Source: Candidatus Poribacteria bacterium
GTDB taxonomy: Bacteria; Poribacteria; WGA-4E; WGA-3G
DNA: 64,000 nt
Assembly: GCA_965197475.1 (NCBI GenBank)
Contig: CBDANF010000003.1
Coordinates: forward strand, 2,560,001-2,624,000
Reading direction: 5' to 3'
The notes beneath the pieces are model-generated. The model did not search any database. It was given only the letters and a program-made list of their open reading frames with translations, and had not been told where the DNA came from. This document shows, one piece after another, positions 10,579-21,120 of the stretch. Both the position numbers and the translations under genes were made by a program. How positions within the stretch are numbered: position 1 is the first letter of the stretch; the number at the start of each line of letters is the position of its first letter.

Positions 10579-11166
10579 TCAAAACCGCAAGGGTTGAGAT
10601 AGGTTTATATGTCCCGCAAGTGTATCCTTCTCTTCACCGTCAATTAGAATCTGGACATGTATAATATCGTCTGGAAAAGCGTCAAAGACAGTTTTAAGAA
10701 TAGCAATAACGGTTAATAATTCAGCAGTTGTTCCACCGATATGTCCGTCAGCCAGGTGTCGTGAAAAATCCAGATATGCGGTCTTTTGACTATCTATGTA
10801 GGCTTCATTTAGTGACGTTCCACGTGGAATTGGATTCCTATAGTTTGGGGGAGTCTCTTTAATTAGTGCGGTAACAATCTGTTTCAGTCGTTCGGTCAGT
10901 TCGGGATAGAGTCGAAGTTCTACTTTAACTGGCGTAATTTCAAGTGATGTTGGATTTAAAATAAATATGTTTACCTGTTGCAGTGGGGGCAATTTATCTG
11001 TAGGATTCGCTATGTCCGGTAGTTTCGGTGGAGCATCTATAATTTTTGGTTGTTTGGAGTGAGAAATTAGCACAAGCGTAATAGCAAGACCGATTACAAT
11101 TGTAACCAAAGTTATGCCCCATATCATAAAGAGTCTTGAGTGTATAATTTTTCGGAAAAAATTCAC
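10579..11166 (-). CDS. GerMN domain membrane-anchored protein
   Basis: N-terminal TM; IPRGT.L...AYLDFS..GG..E..VQILIDG...TLAGH. Confidence 0.85.
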   Translation of the reverse strand: MNFFRKIIHSRLFMIWGITLVTIVIGLAITLVLISHSKQPKIIDAPPKLPDIANPTDKLPPLQQVNIFILNPTSLEITPVKVELRLYPELTERLKQIVTALIKETPPNYRNPIPRGTSLNEAYIDSQKTAYLDFSRHLADGHIGGTTAELLTVIAILKTVFDAFPDDIIHVQILIDGEEKDTLAGHINLSQPLRF

Positions 11167-11258
11167 TGTCTTGCTCCAATCGACTCATTGTGGCTGTGCA
11201 CTTACTGTTAGGCAATGAGATGTCCCATTAGAAAAACTGCGGTTCAGTTTGCGTCCGC

Positions 11259-12443
11259 CTATTCTTTTTCTTGAAATCCGTTAGGATTGGACGATTGATT
11301 CACCGATGTAGAATATAATTGGATGGCGCGGACAATAGCTTGAGCAAGCTCGGCAATATGGTCAGGATTTGAAAGTCGGGTGGCATCATCCATATTAGAG
11401 AGGTAGCCGAGTTCAAATAGAACGGCTGGCATATAGACATCTGTCAAAGCAATTATTGGAAATTCAGAGATAGCAATTGGTTCTTCAGCCAAGAAATTCA
11501 ACTCTTTCTGAAGGACGGCACCAAAATCCCGGCTCTGCTTCAAAAAATTTGCTTGGGTACGAATGTTTAACCTTTTTCTGCCAAATACCGGCATGGGAGC
11601 AGTTCTGGATCGGAGCTGCCCGTTAGGATTATTGATGTATAGTCGCATTCCTCTGTGATTCGGTGAAAACGAAGCATTGCAATGCAGACTAAGAAACAAC
11701 TGTCCTTGATTGCGGTTAGCGGTTTGGAAACGTTGAACGCGCGTTTTTTTGACATTTTGGTCGCGAGTTAGATGGATCGAAAGGCCAAGTTGATTGCTGA
11801 GTATTTTGATTTCTTTAGCAACAGCCAAAACAATATCCTTTTCAAGAAGTCCAATTTGGCTTTTACACCCGAAGTCTTCCTCTCCTCCGTGGCCAGGATC
11901 AAGAATAATTGTCCACTCACGATTATCTTCAGGTGCGTCTGGTGCCCATAAAGTTTTTGGCATTATCCTAATCCGTTGAAGGTTAGGGTTATATAGTACC
12001 TCAACATTATCAAGGTGAGGCAATATCTGCCGAAAAAAATCGATGGGCAACATCGGTTGCCCTTGAATCGTACGAGCTGGCGCAGTGAGCGTGAAAGTCT
12101 GATTTCCGGGATCTATATTGACTGTGGTATTACCCATTCGCAATTGGATTTCCTTACCTTTGGTTTTCAAGGTAAGCTGTTTCCTTGGGCGATGGTACTG
12201 GTGGGTCATCTCCGAATCAAAGACATTTTTGAGAGTTTCTACAGGAAAGTAAACTATTTTTTGATGAAGTGTGAATTCAACTTCGGCGAGCGTTTCACCG
12301 TCCCCATCAACAAAACGCACGATAGGTGCTTGGGCAATACCGTGCGTTGCGGAGACTAATATGACAATGAATAGGAAGAGGAATAAGGACTCAAATGGGC
12401 GTAACCACATGATAAAGTTATTCCGCGCCTTGGTCGTTACCAC
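11259..12443 (-). CDS. N-acetylmuramoyl-L-alanine amidase (Amidase_3) with copper-amine-oxidase-like N-domain
   Basis: ILDPGHGG, EKD, LTR, FLSLHCNA, PAVLFELGYLSN; start approximate. Confidence 0.9.
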   Translation of the reverse strand: MVTTKARNNFIMWLRPFESLFLFLFIVILVSATHGIAQAPIVRFVDGDGETLAEVEFTLHQKIVYFPVETLKNVFDSEMTHQYHRPRKQLTLKTKGKEIQLRMGNTTVNIDPGNQTFTLTAPARTIQGQPMLPIDFFRQILPHLDNVEVLYNPNLQRIRIMPKTLWAPDAPEDNREWTIILDPGHGGEEDFGCKSQIGLLEKDIVLAVAKEIKILSNQLGLSIHLTRDQNVKKTRVQRFQTANRNQGQLFLSLHCNASFSPNHRGMRLYINNPNGQLRSRTAPMPVFGRKRLNIRTQANFLKQSRDFGAVLQKELNFLAEEPIAISEFPIIALTDVYMPAVLFELGYLSNMDDATRLSNPDHIAELAQAIVRAIQLYSTSVNQSSNPNGFQEKE

Positions 12444-13134
12444 GTCTACGTGAAATTAACTCAGGTTCGGTGCGTTCTTCACCACCGTCTTCAGCGGCAC
12501 CGTCTTCACCTTCCTCGCCATCTTCACCTTCCTCGCCGTCTTCACCTTCCTCAGGTTCTACCACTTCTTCAATTTGGACCCGCGGCTGGCTGACAGAGAC
12601 GATCATTCGCTGGAGTTCATCTAACAGTTCAACCTCATCATCAAGTTCTATGTCACGGACATAGATGATATCACCGACCTCCATGTTGGTCACGTCAACA
12701 GTAATTTCATTGGGCATCACTGAAGGAAGGCAATTCAATGTTAAGTAACGGAGAGGGAATTCAATAACACCACCTTCCTGTGCCCCAACGGGCGTGCCGA
12801 CCAAAACGATTGGCACAGTTGATGTCACAGGTTCATCTAAAGAGACGCGAATAAAATCTGCATGAAGCAAAACCTGCTTCTCTACCGGATCACGTTGGAT
12901 TTCTTTGATAATGACGGGTTCTGAGTTACCATCGGAGACTTCTATATTTACAATGACGTTTTCACCGTATGTCCTAAGGAATTGTTTGAATTCGCGTTCA
13001 TTAACTTGAAGCGAAATTGTATCCTGTTTGCGTCCATATACTACGGCTGGTATACCACCTGCGCGTCGAATTGCCCGCGCGCTCTGCTTACCGAAAGTGT
13101 TTCGTTGTTGAACTTCTAATTTTGCTTGCTGCAT
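12418..13134 (-). CDS. rplY: 50S ribosomal protein L25 / Ctc with acidic tail
   Basis: GK..AR..R..G.IPAVVYG, IQRDPV, HADF, beta-domain GG..E..LP. Confidence 0.96.
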   Translation of the reverse strand: MQQAKLEVQQRNTFGKQSARAIRRAGGIPAVVYGRKQDTISLQVNEREFKQFLRTYGENVIVNIEVSDGNSEPVIIKEIQRDPVEKQVLLHADFIRVSLDEPVTSTVPIVLVGTPVGAQEGGVIEFPLRYLTLNCLPSVMPNEITVDVTNMEVGDIIYVRDIELDDEVELLDELQRMIVSVSQPRVQIEEVVEPEEGEDGEEGEDGEEGEDGAAEDGGEERTEPELISRRRGNDQGAE

Positions 13135-13164
13135 TTTAATCTTCTAAACCTTTTCTGGAATATA

Positions 13165-13236
13165 CAGGGCGGGTAGGATTCGAACCTACGCATGCAGGTG
13201 CCAAAGACCTGTGCCTTACCGCTTGGCCACCGCCCT
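13165..13236 (-). tRNA. tRNA-Gln (anticodon UUG), CCA not encoded
   Basis: AGGGCGG-TG-GCCAAGCGGTAAGGC-A-CAGGT CTTTGGC ACCTG-CATGC-GTAGG TTCGAAT CCTAC-CCGCCCT-G cloverleaf, directly after ispE. Confidence 0.96.
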
Positions 13237-14130
13237 TCAATTATTATCAACCCACACACCAATAGGATTGGTTTGTGTGGTAGTGCAAAAACTGAGACTG
13301 TTTTTGAAGTGTGATTCACACCGCTTCGCTGTATCGGTGTCTTCCATCAAAGCAAACATCGTAGCACCACTACCGGACATAAGAGCCCCATAACACCCAG
13401 TCTGCGATGATAACTGGGTCTTTAACTCGGCGAATTCGGGATGTTTGGCAAAAACCGGCACCTCAAGAAGGTTGAACAGATTCCCCGCGACACCGATTAG
13501 ATCACCCTTCTCAATACAAATTTTAATAATTATACCTTGTTTAGGTTGTTTTGTCAAGGGAATATTTAAATTTTTGAATACATCCGTAGTTGAAATCGAA
13601 ACGCCGGGGTTGATTAGCACAAGTGGGACATCAGATAACGGGGGTAATGGGGTTAAGATGTCACCTTTGCCAGTGCCAAAAGCTGCGCCGCCGTGCAGGC
13701 AGAATGGCACATCTGCACCTAATTGCGCGCCGATCTCCATTAGCATATTTTTTGACAAACCTAAAGCGAATAGTTCATTTACACCGTATAGAACAGCGGC
13801 TGCGTTTGCACTGCCGCCAGCTAATCCTGATGCGACGGGGATCCGCTTATTTATCTGTATCTTAAGTCCTCCTAACCCGCCAACTATATCACTGAGGGAT
13901 TGCGCTGCACAATAGGCGAGGTTGCGTGAGTCAGATGGCACATCTGGATTGTCACAATAAACTGCAATCCCCTTCTCAGATCGTTCGCGTAAAATAACCT
14001 CATCGTGCAAACCGATCGAATGAAAAACCGTCTCAAGGTTGTGATAGCCATCCTCTCGTTTGCCTACAACATCCAGATAGAGGTTTATTTTCGCGTGGGC
14101 ACGAACCCGTAAAACATTCGTTTTTTTCAT
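13237..14130 (-). CDS. ispE: 4-diphosphocytidyl-2-C-methyl-D-erythritol kinase
   Basis: AKINLYL...R.DGYH.L.T, KRIP..SGLAGGS, GADVPF, MSGSG. Confidence 0.96.
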   Translation of the reverse strand: MKKTNVLRVRAHAKINLYLDVVGKREDGYHNLETVFHSIGLHDEVILRERSEKGIAVYCDNPDVPSDSRNLAYCAAQSLSDIVGGLGGLKIQINKRIPVASGLAGGSANAAAVLYGVNELFALGLSKNMLMEIGAQLGADVPFCLHGGAAFGTGKGDILTPLPPLSDVPLVLINPGVSISTTDVFKNLNIPLTKQPKQGIIIKICIEKGDLIGVAGNLFNLLEVPVFAKHPEFAELKTQLSSQTGCYGALMSGSGATMFALMEDTDTAKRCESHFKNSLSFCTTTQTNPIGVWVDNN

Positions 14131-14984
14131 TCTGGAACATCGGTTCCCATAGGTTCAGACAACGGTATAACTTTGATGTCCCCACTCAGAAATGGTTCAA
14201 AATCAAACCTGCTATCCTTAATTTCAACGTTTAGTTGGACTTGTGCCATTTTTACCACAACTCGTGTTTGTTCAAGTGGGCGTTCAATTTCAACCCTATG
14301 AGATCTAAGGATGCCATCAACTTCGCGATAGTCTGAAAAAATGGCACTTTGCTCCAGCAGTCCATCTTTGTCGTTGGTATGCCATTCAGTGACACGCGGT
14401 TCACCCTCTTTCACAAGGATAGTGATAGTTTCTGTGTGTTCCGCTTGAACACCAGGGCGAGTAACAACAAACTTTTCCCCGGCACTTTTGACTTTTAGTT
14501 TCTTGGTGCGCCCGTCAAGGAATGGATTTGCAAAGACAGCACTTAGGACATCTGAAACGCGCAGATCAATACCGAAGATTTTACGCAAGATGCCATCAGA
14601 TAACTCACCTAAGTACGCCTCCTGTTCTTCAAGCAGAACGAGCAGGAATTCATTACCGTTTGCAATCGCGACACCTTTTGGTTCATTAAATCCGCCCAAA
14701 GCTTGTATATGGAGAAGTTCACCACCATCCTCAGATTTCTTATACCAAAGTAATTCACGGAGTTCTTCTGGGTCGCGATCGGCTTCCTGAATGGTGACTA
14801 CCATCTTGCTAGTTTTTAGCGAGTTCGTTAAATCGTATCTTTCCTGTAGCGTTGCTAAATACGGGGTAAATTGCGACATTTCCACGGGAGATACTTCAAT
14901 ACCAGAAGTTTTGACGCTGCAACCTATAATTGTTATCAATACTGAGAGGAACACAGAGAACCCGATAGTCAAATGATTTCTCAT
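14127..14984 (-). CDS. Lipoprotein, LolA/LolB-fold-like (DUF4292-like)
   Basis: Lipobox IIGC; sits directly upstream of ispE where lolB normally lies; C-terminal 'SDYREVDG...V.LN......F' pattern. Confidence 0.55.
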   Translation of the reverse strand: MRNHLTIGFSVFLSVLITIIGCSVKTSGIEVSPVEMSQFTPYLATLQERYDLTNSLKTSKMVVTIQEADRDPEELRELLWYKKSEDGGELLHIQALGGFNEPKGVAIANGNEFLLVLLEEQEAYLGELSDGILRKIFGIDLRVSDVLSAVFANPFLDGRTKKLKVKSAGEKFVVTRPGVQAEHTETITILVKEGEPRVTEWHTNDKDGLLEQSAIFSDYREVDGILRSHRVEIERPLEQTRVVVKMAQVQLNVEIKDSRFDFEPFLSGDIKVIPLSEPMGTDVPE

Positions 14985-16175
14985 TTAAAAGACCTCTGAC
15001 ATCGATTCCTCAACAATATTCACCGCTTCCTCAACATGACCAGCATTGATATTGAGCGGCGGCAAGAATCGGAGAACATAGTCATTGGTGCAGATAGTCA
15101 CTAACCCGTTTTCAATACATTTAGCTGCGAGCGGTTTCGAATCAACCTCCAGAACGAGACCTCGGAGTAACCCTTTCCCACGGACTTCCTTTATCGGATA
15201 CTTGCCTTTAAGTTCCATTAGACCACCTGCAAGGTAGTTCCCCATTTTTACCGCATTTACAGCAAGATTTTCTTCAAGGATAGTTTTTACGGTTGCTGTG
15301 GCTGCAGCGGTGGACAAGAAATTACCGCCGAATGTCGCTGCGTGCGTGCCCGGTACAAAACTTTCGGCTACGTTTCGTTTGGCTAACATCGCTCCGATAG
15401 GCACACCGCTACCGAGTGCCTTTGCCATCGTAATTACATCCGGCACAACACCGTAGCTCTGATATCCGAAAAATGTTCCTAATCTGCCCATTGCTGTTTG
15501 CACTTCGTCAAAGATCAGCAGCAGATTATGCTTATCGCAAAGTTCTCGCAATCCTTGTAGGTAGCCATCACTTGGGATATTAACACCGCCTTCTGATTGA
15601 ATCGGCTCAACTAATATAGCACAGGTTTTGGGTCCGATAGCGGATTCAGTCACATCAAGATCATCAAATGGAACGTATTTAAAGCCTTCAAGCATCGGTT
15701 CAAAACCAACGTGATATTTGGTCTGGGCTGTAGCAGTAATAGTCGCCATTGTGCGCCCATGAAACGAATTGTCCATCGTAATGATTTCATAAGCATCTGT
15801 TCTACCGCTGTCTTTCGTCCATTTCCGCGCCAATTTAATGGCGGCTTCATTTGCTTCAGCCCCGCTATTACAGAAGAAACACTGGTCCATATCTGAGTTA
15901 TCAATCAGAAGTTTCGCTAATTCTGCCTGCTGTTGAATGTAGTAGAGGTTAGAGGTGTGTAAGATGTTCCCTGCCTGCTCACGAATTGCGGCGACAACTT
16001 TTGGGTGAGCATGTCCTAAGCCGTTGACAGCCAAGCCACCCAAAAAATCGAGGTATTTTTTACCCTCTGCATCCCATAGATAGGGTCCTTCCCCCTTAAC
16101 GAATGCGAGACTTCTATCGCCATAGGTATTAATAATATATTTTGTAGCCATCGCTTTAATTTCAGTGGTTGTCAT
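14985..16175 (-). CDS. argD: Acetylornithine aminotransferase
   Basis: YLDF..GLAVN.LGH, NSGAEANEAA.K, SFHGRT, DEVQT, AKALG, TFGGN. Confidence 0.93.
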   Translation of the reverse strand: MTTTEIKAMATKYIINTYGDRSLAFVKGEGPYLWDAEGKKYLDFLGGLAVNGLGHAHPKVVAAIREQAGNILHTSNLYYIQQQAELAKLLIDNSDMDQCFFCNSGAEANEAAIKLARKWTKDSGRTDAYEIITMDNSFHGRTMATITATAQTKYHVGFEPMLEGFKYVPFDDLDVTESAIGPKTCAILVEPIQSEGGVNIPSDGYLQGLRELCDKHNLLLIFDEVQTAMGRLGTFFGYQSYGVVPDVITMAKALGSGVPIGAMLAKRNVAESFVPGTHAATFGGNFLSTAAATATVKTILEENLAVNAVKMGNYLAGGLMELKGKYPIKEVRGKGLLRGLVLEVDSKPLAAKCIENGLVTICTNDYVLRFLPPLNINAGHVEEAVNIVEESMSEVF

Positions 16176-16268
16176 AAGTGTTTCTCCTTGTGTACTTCAG
16201 ATAGGCATGGTTTGAAACGACACCTAAATCTATAATTATAAATGTTTAAATTTACGAGGTCTTGCTGC

Positions 16269-16856
16269 CTAATTCAGGCAAGAGTTGTTTTTCGCATCAA
16301 TACCATAGATAAGGACAGGGATATCAATGTCTGCAACGCCACGTGTCTGTAAATCCCGTACGAACTGCTCAAAATACGAAACGCCGGTAGACATCTCATC
16401 AGCAAAAGATTTTATAGGAACAATTTCAATGCCCGCATCAATGTAGCCTAAGTTGTGGAAAATGGTCATTTTCGCGCACACGTTGTAAACCATAAACGCG
16501 TATTTTCCGAACTGTACCTCTACCCCAAGTCCCTCTTTTAGAAAATCTATTTCTCTGTATGCAGATTGACGCATAGGTTTTGGTGAATATCCAGGTCGAT
16601 AGTAGTCTGTCGGATAGTCACATTTTACACGTTCCTTCTGCCATCTTCTGGATTCAAAGCCCTCGGCAAAAGCACGATTAAGGACTTTAGGGCTGTACAA
16701 CATTTTGCCTGCCATTGTGATTTCCTCGCTTGTTTTAGTTTTGCACTGCAAGGCATCAACATTAGCAATGATGTCTTCTACTTCTTGTAACAGATGGGTG
16801 TGTCTCTTTCTTATGGAATCCCCGCCATTGAAGGAATACTCGGCAGCAATAATCAT
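16269..16856 (-). CDS. Type II restriction endonuclease, BglII/BstYI family
   Basis: EIDF.K...GVEVQFGKY motif, MSTGVSYFEQ; ATGA overlap with the methyltransferase. Confidence 0.85.
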   Translation of the reverse strand: MIIAAEYSFNGGDSIRKRHTHLLQEVEDIIANVDALQCKTKTSEEITMAGKMLYSPKVLNRAFAEGFESRRWQKERVKCDYPTDYYRPGYSPKPMRQSAYREIDFLKEGLGVEVQFGKYAFMVYNVCAKMTIFHNLGYIDAGIEIVPIKSFADEMSTGVSYFEQFVRDLQTRGVADIDIPVLIYGIDAKNNSCLN

Positions 16857-17818
16857 GATCCCCTATTCCATTCCAAAGGCAATTGGACAACACGTTCTTT
16901 TCCTGACGGTTCATGGATTGGTTTACCGAGAGGGCGAAGCGGTAATTCACCATCTGCAAACTTTTGTATCCGTTCACGCGTAATCTCAATGTAACTTGAA
17001 TCGAGTTCCGCTGCAATTGCTTTACGGTTGTGCTGCAAGGCGGCGATGATCGTTGACCCGACACCACAATACGGGTCAAAAACGACTCCATCAGGTTGCG
17101 TGAGTGCCAACACACATCGCTGAACTAATTCCACAGGAAACTGGCACGGATGTTCGGTTTTCTCTGGATGATTCGCTTTTACATTTGGAATATCCCACAC
17201 GCCATCTTCCCAATCATGTGTCACTACATCCCAAATATCAGATGGATTTTTACCAAGCGGATTGCCCGAAAGTTGTCCCTGCTTTGGCCCTTTGAAATGT
17301 CGCTTTCCCGGATATTTTGCAGGAACACGCACAGGGTCGAGATTAAAAATATAGTCGTCACTTTTGGAAAACCACAAGATAACCTCATAACGACCCGAAA
17401 ATCGTTTTGTGCAGTGCAAGCCGTGATTAAACCGCCAGATAATCCGATTCCGTAGTTTTAAACCGAACCGTTTGAAAATCTCATAAAAGTAGATATCAAG
17501 TGGAAATATCTCGCCCTTCTCAACATAATTGCCTACCTGCCAACAGAGGTTTCCGGTATCGGCAAGCACCCGAACGAGTTCTATTATTGCAGGTTCCTGA
17601 TTTTTAAGATATGCCGGTAAAGACATCTTTTTCTCATATTTTTTGCCTACATTGTATGGTGGGGAAGTAATGACCAAGTCTACCGAACTTGACGGAATGT
17701 CCTTTAGCAGATCGCTACAATTCCCATCAAAGAGAACAACGTCCGCGCTGGTGTTGTATATGTCTGAAATTGATATCCGACGTTTTGAAAAGTCATAAGT
17801 CTCTTTTATTTCACTCAT
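16853..17818 (-). CDS. N4-cytosine DNA methyltransferase (beta class)
   Basis: DLVITSPPY, HPCQFP, VFDPYCGVGST. Confidence 0.92.
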   Translation of the reverse strand: MSEIKETYDFSKRRISISDIYNTSADVVLFDGNCSDLLKDIPSSSVDLVITSPPYNVGKKYEKKMSLPAYLKNQEPAIIELVRVLADTGNLCWQVGNYVEKGEIFPLDIYFYEIFKRFGLKLRNRIIWRFNHGLHCTKRFSGRYEVILWFSKSDDYIFNLDPVRVPAKYPGKRHFKGPKQGQLSGNPLGKNPSDIWDVVTHDWEDGVWDIPNVKANHPEKTEHPCQFPVELVQRCVLALTQPDGVVFDPYCGVGSTIIAALQHNRKAIAAELDSSYIEITRERIQKFADGELPLRPLGKPIHEPSGKERVVQLPLEWNRGS

Positions 17819-17916
17819 CCTGCATCTCCCTTCCACGCAGCACGGAAATTCACGCCACAAGCAATTTTCGATTGTAGGGTGTAAATTCTATATTTTGTAA
17901 ACACAATCTAAAATTC

Positions 17917-19050
17917 TTACCAGTTTGTATAAGAACCATCATCGCGTTGGAAGCCGTGGGGTGGTCCGTATTCTTGTGTTGACACGTTGGTAAGTGCGTC
18001 CTCGTTGAATTCAATGCCGAGACCGGGGGATTCAGGCGGTAAAAGGTAACCTGATTCAAACGGGACCTGTACCGGAAAAACATCGGTCAAGGAAGACATC
18101 GGGGCACGCGGAAGTTCCTGCACGCCGACAAGCGATGATGCTAAACAAAGGTGTAGACATGCTGCTGTGGAAACCGGTCCGAGCGGGTTGTGCGGTGCTA
18201 AATGGATATAATGTGTTTCACACCAACCAGCAATTTTACGCGCCTCTGTCAATCCACCAGCAATGCATAGGTCAACCCTGCAGTAATCTATCAAGTCTTC
18301 TTCAATGACTTCGCGGAAGCTCCATTTGCTATCAAATTGTTCACCCACAGCAATGGGGACGGAGGTTTGTTGACGTAATCGTCTGAGACTTGCAGGGTTT
18401 TCACTTCGTAGCGGGTCTTCAATGAAAAATGGATTGTAGGGTTCAACTTTGTTGCAAAATTCAATGCTATCCGCTGGATCAAGACGGGTATGTACATCAA
18501 CAAGGATTTCAACGTTGTCTCCTAATGCTTCGCGAACAGCTTGCACCTGTTCCAATCCGAACTGAATAGCACGTCTCGGTTTAAACGTTCCAGTACCAGC
18601 ACCATCTGCCAAACCCCATCGGACAAATTTCCACCCCGCTTCGTGAGTTTGCCGACAACTCTCAACGAGGGCATCAATAGTACCGCCACCGTTATGTGGA
18701 TAACAGGCAACCTTATCTCTCGTGCGTCCGCCTAACAATTCATAGACGGGAACGTTCAGTGCTTTTCCCTTGATGTCCCACAATGCAATATCTACAGCAC
18801 TGACTGCAGCGGATTGAACGACACCGCCAGGGAAAAATCCGCCACGGAACATGACTTGCCACAGATGCTCAATCTGGAACGGATTAGCACCGATGAGGAA
18901 AGGTTTGAACGACCGTACAACTTCAGACAAGGCAAGAGCGCGCCGTCTTAAGCCTCCTTCGCCAACGCCGAATATACCCGCATCGGTTTCAACCTTGACA
19001 AAGAAATGTCCTGATGATGAAACAAACGATTTGATGTTGGTGATTTTCAT
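17917..19050 (-). CDS. Mandelate racemase / galactonate dehydratase-like enolase-family enzyme
   Basis: DIALWDIKGK, DVHTR, EDP, AVGEQ, PHNPLGP; ATG at 19050. Confidence 0.9.
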   Translation of the reverse strand: MKITNIKSFVSSSGHFFVKVETDAGIFGVGEGGLRRRALALSEVVRSFKPFLIGANPFQIEHLWQVMFRGGFFPGGVVQSAAVSAVDIALWDIKGKALNVPVYELLGGRTRDKVACYPHNGGGTIDALVESCRQTHEAGWKFVRWGLADGAGTGTFKPRRAIQFGLEQVQAVREALGDNVEILVDVHTRLDPADSIEFCNKVEPYNPFFIEDPLRSENPASLRRLRQQTSVPIAVGEQFDSKWSFREVIEEDLIDYCRVDLCIAGGLTEARKIAGWCETHYIHLAPHNPLGPVSTAACLHLCLASSLVGVQELPRAPMSSLTDVFPVQVPFESGYLLPPESPGLGIEFNEDALTNVSTQEYGPPHGFQRDDGSYTNW

Positions 19051-19120
19051 AAATTTACTATTATGTGTAGAATAAACGATACGAGGAATGAATTTTATCC
19101 TCAGAAAGATGTATAGCAGT

Positions 19121-19220
19121 GTAGGTCGGGTAGAGTTTACGAAACCCGACACGCTCAGTTTCTGTCAGGTTTCGCATGAGTTCTACCTGGCCTACGTATA
19201 AACTATTAGTATCACTCATT
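19121..19220. repeat. REP-like (GTAG-type) paired palindrome, family shared with 31355-31453
   Basis: gtaggtcgggtagag..cgaaacccgacacgct.agtt.ctgtc.ggtttc...ctacc; near-identical copy at 31355 including the trailing taaactat.agta.cactcat. Confidence 0.75.
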
Positions 19221-19272
19221 CTCTATAGTATGGGATGATGCATGTCTTAAATCTAATTTATATCATGAGTTT

Positions 19273-20930
19273 TCAGTCAAGTTGCTTGATATGACCCCAC
19301 AAAGTTGTCAATTTTCCAATCGGATCAACTGCGAAATTATCATCTATATCTATTTTTGAAATAGTAAAATCGTCAAAACTGGCAGCAGTTTCCCAAGTCC
19401 ATACACCAACTTTTCCTATTTCATAACTACCATGTAATTTTTCTATTTGCTTCTTACCATTGATATAACATATAAACTTATCTTCAAGCACTTCTACAGT
19501 AACATTAAACCAAACATTATTCTTAATATGAACTCCACCAACTGCAAATGTCCACGCAATTTCTTGTCGGTTGTCCCACGCACCTGCATTGTGTTTCCAT
19601 AATTCACTTCTGTTATCAAGTGTATTCAGATAATAAACGTAATACTCCATCTCACTCTTGGCACGGAATACGATACCTGCCCAATGAATATCATCTATAC
19701 GGACTTTGGCATCTATAGTATAGTTTTTCCAGTCTGATTGGCCGACCAAAGAATGCTCAGCTTTACCACCACGACTAACTTTATATAATCCATTATCTAC
19801 TGACTAGTTTCCGTTAGCAACTTTCCAACCCTTAGCGTCCTTTTCAAAATTCCACGACTGTGTGCCGTTGTTTATATAATCTTTATATATAACTTCTTCG
19901 GGTTCAGGATCTGGTTCGGGTTCAGGATCAGGCAACTTGTCTGGCATCCTGTAATTTTGATTGTGCCACTGCCAATTTCCATCTATATCCATAGTCTGCA
20001 CCCAGATAATACCATCGTTTAATAAAAACTTCCGTTCTACATCTATAACAGATACATTTCTTCTTCCCTTAATAAACTCCCACCCCACAGTGTTTGTATC
20101 ATCCCGGAAAAGGTATACCTGATACATACCCTCGTTATCACTTAAATCAATCTTAAATCTTACGTAGTGCTTGCGGTCTTTAATAAGTGCTTCTGCTGGA
20201 AAAAGATTTGATATTCTTGGCGACCTACTGAAACTATGGTCGTCCCTAAAATAATGTGAGTTTGACAACCACATTGCTTCATGCAAGAAAAATTTTCTTC
20301 CAGATCCCATGATGTAATCTTTTGGATCAGTTAATACAATATGCCATAAACCAAAAACATGTCCTAATTCATGCATGATAACACGCTCTACTCTTGGACT
20401 ATCTGAATTACGATCAGAAAGTATTACATAACCATGATACTCATCATCTCAGACCATCCGTCAGGACCTGCTTTGCCCATTCCTAAAGCACGACCAAACT
20501 GAACACCTCTTAATCCAGCCATCACAATAACTATGACATGCTTTTTTGTATTAAAATGGTTCGGCAGTTCTTGTTTAACCAAATCCAAAGTATCATGAGT
20601 ATAATAATGATTCTTATCATGCTTGCCGTTTAACTTATGAATTATAACACGATCGCCGTCATTCTCTAATTTAAAAGTTTTATTCGGAAACCCATTACGA
20701 TTCAATTCGTCTCTATATACCGACTGGACGTTCTTCATTATTTCAGGCAAACCTAACTTTTCAGAGTCGTCTACACTATCGTTTGCAATGAAATATACGA
20801 CACGAACAGAATAAGGTTCTAATGATGAGGCAGCTAACGGAATAATAAAAAATAAGAGTAAAAATACAAAAAAACCGATTAGACTGCTCTCCTTAATACG
20901 TAAAGCATCGATGAACGGAAACATTGACAA
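19273..20930 (-). pseudogene. Disrupted secreted zinc metalloprotease (HELGH) + DUF1080-like sugar-binding domain + C-terminal AVDPIGKLTTLWGHIK motif
   Basis: Three ORFs join into one reading frame through a frameshift near 20450 (..DDEYHGYV..RVIMHELGH) and an in-frame TAG at 19804-19806 (ANGN*SVDNGLY, probably TGG). Confidence 0.75.
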
Positions 20931-20963
20931 TACTCCTCTGTTGTTTGACTTGAAAGTGTGTAT

Positions 20964-21110
20964 TGAAGTGGCATCGTTAATTTAGACCCGAAATCAGTAA
21001 AGTTAAGACAAGTGTTGTTGCTCAAATTCAACAAGTGTCAAATACCTTAACGCCGAGTGAGGTTGTTTCTGGTTATACACCTGTCCGATAAAATGTCCGA
21101 TGGCACTACA
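20964..21110 (-). mobile_element. IS3-family transposase C-terminal remnant with right end
   Basis: IGHFIGQVYNQKQPHSALRYLTLVEFEQ resembles the IS3 YN..R.HS.L.Y.TP.E motif, followed by a ...CA-ending IR-like sequence. Confidence 0.7.
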
Positions 21111-21120
21111 AGGTGTATAG

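Noticed and set aside
12500-12552. 18-bp tandem repeat
   Set aside because: Encodes the low-complexity acidic EDGEEG tail usual in L25/Ctc proteins.
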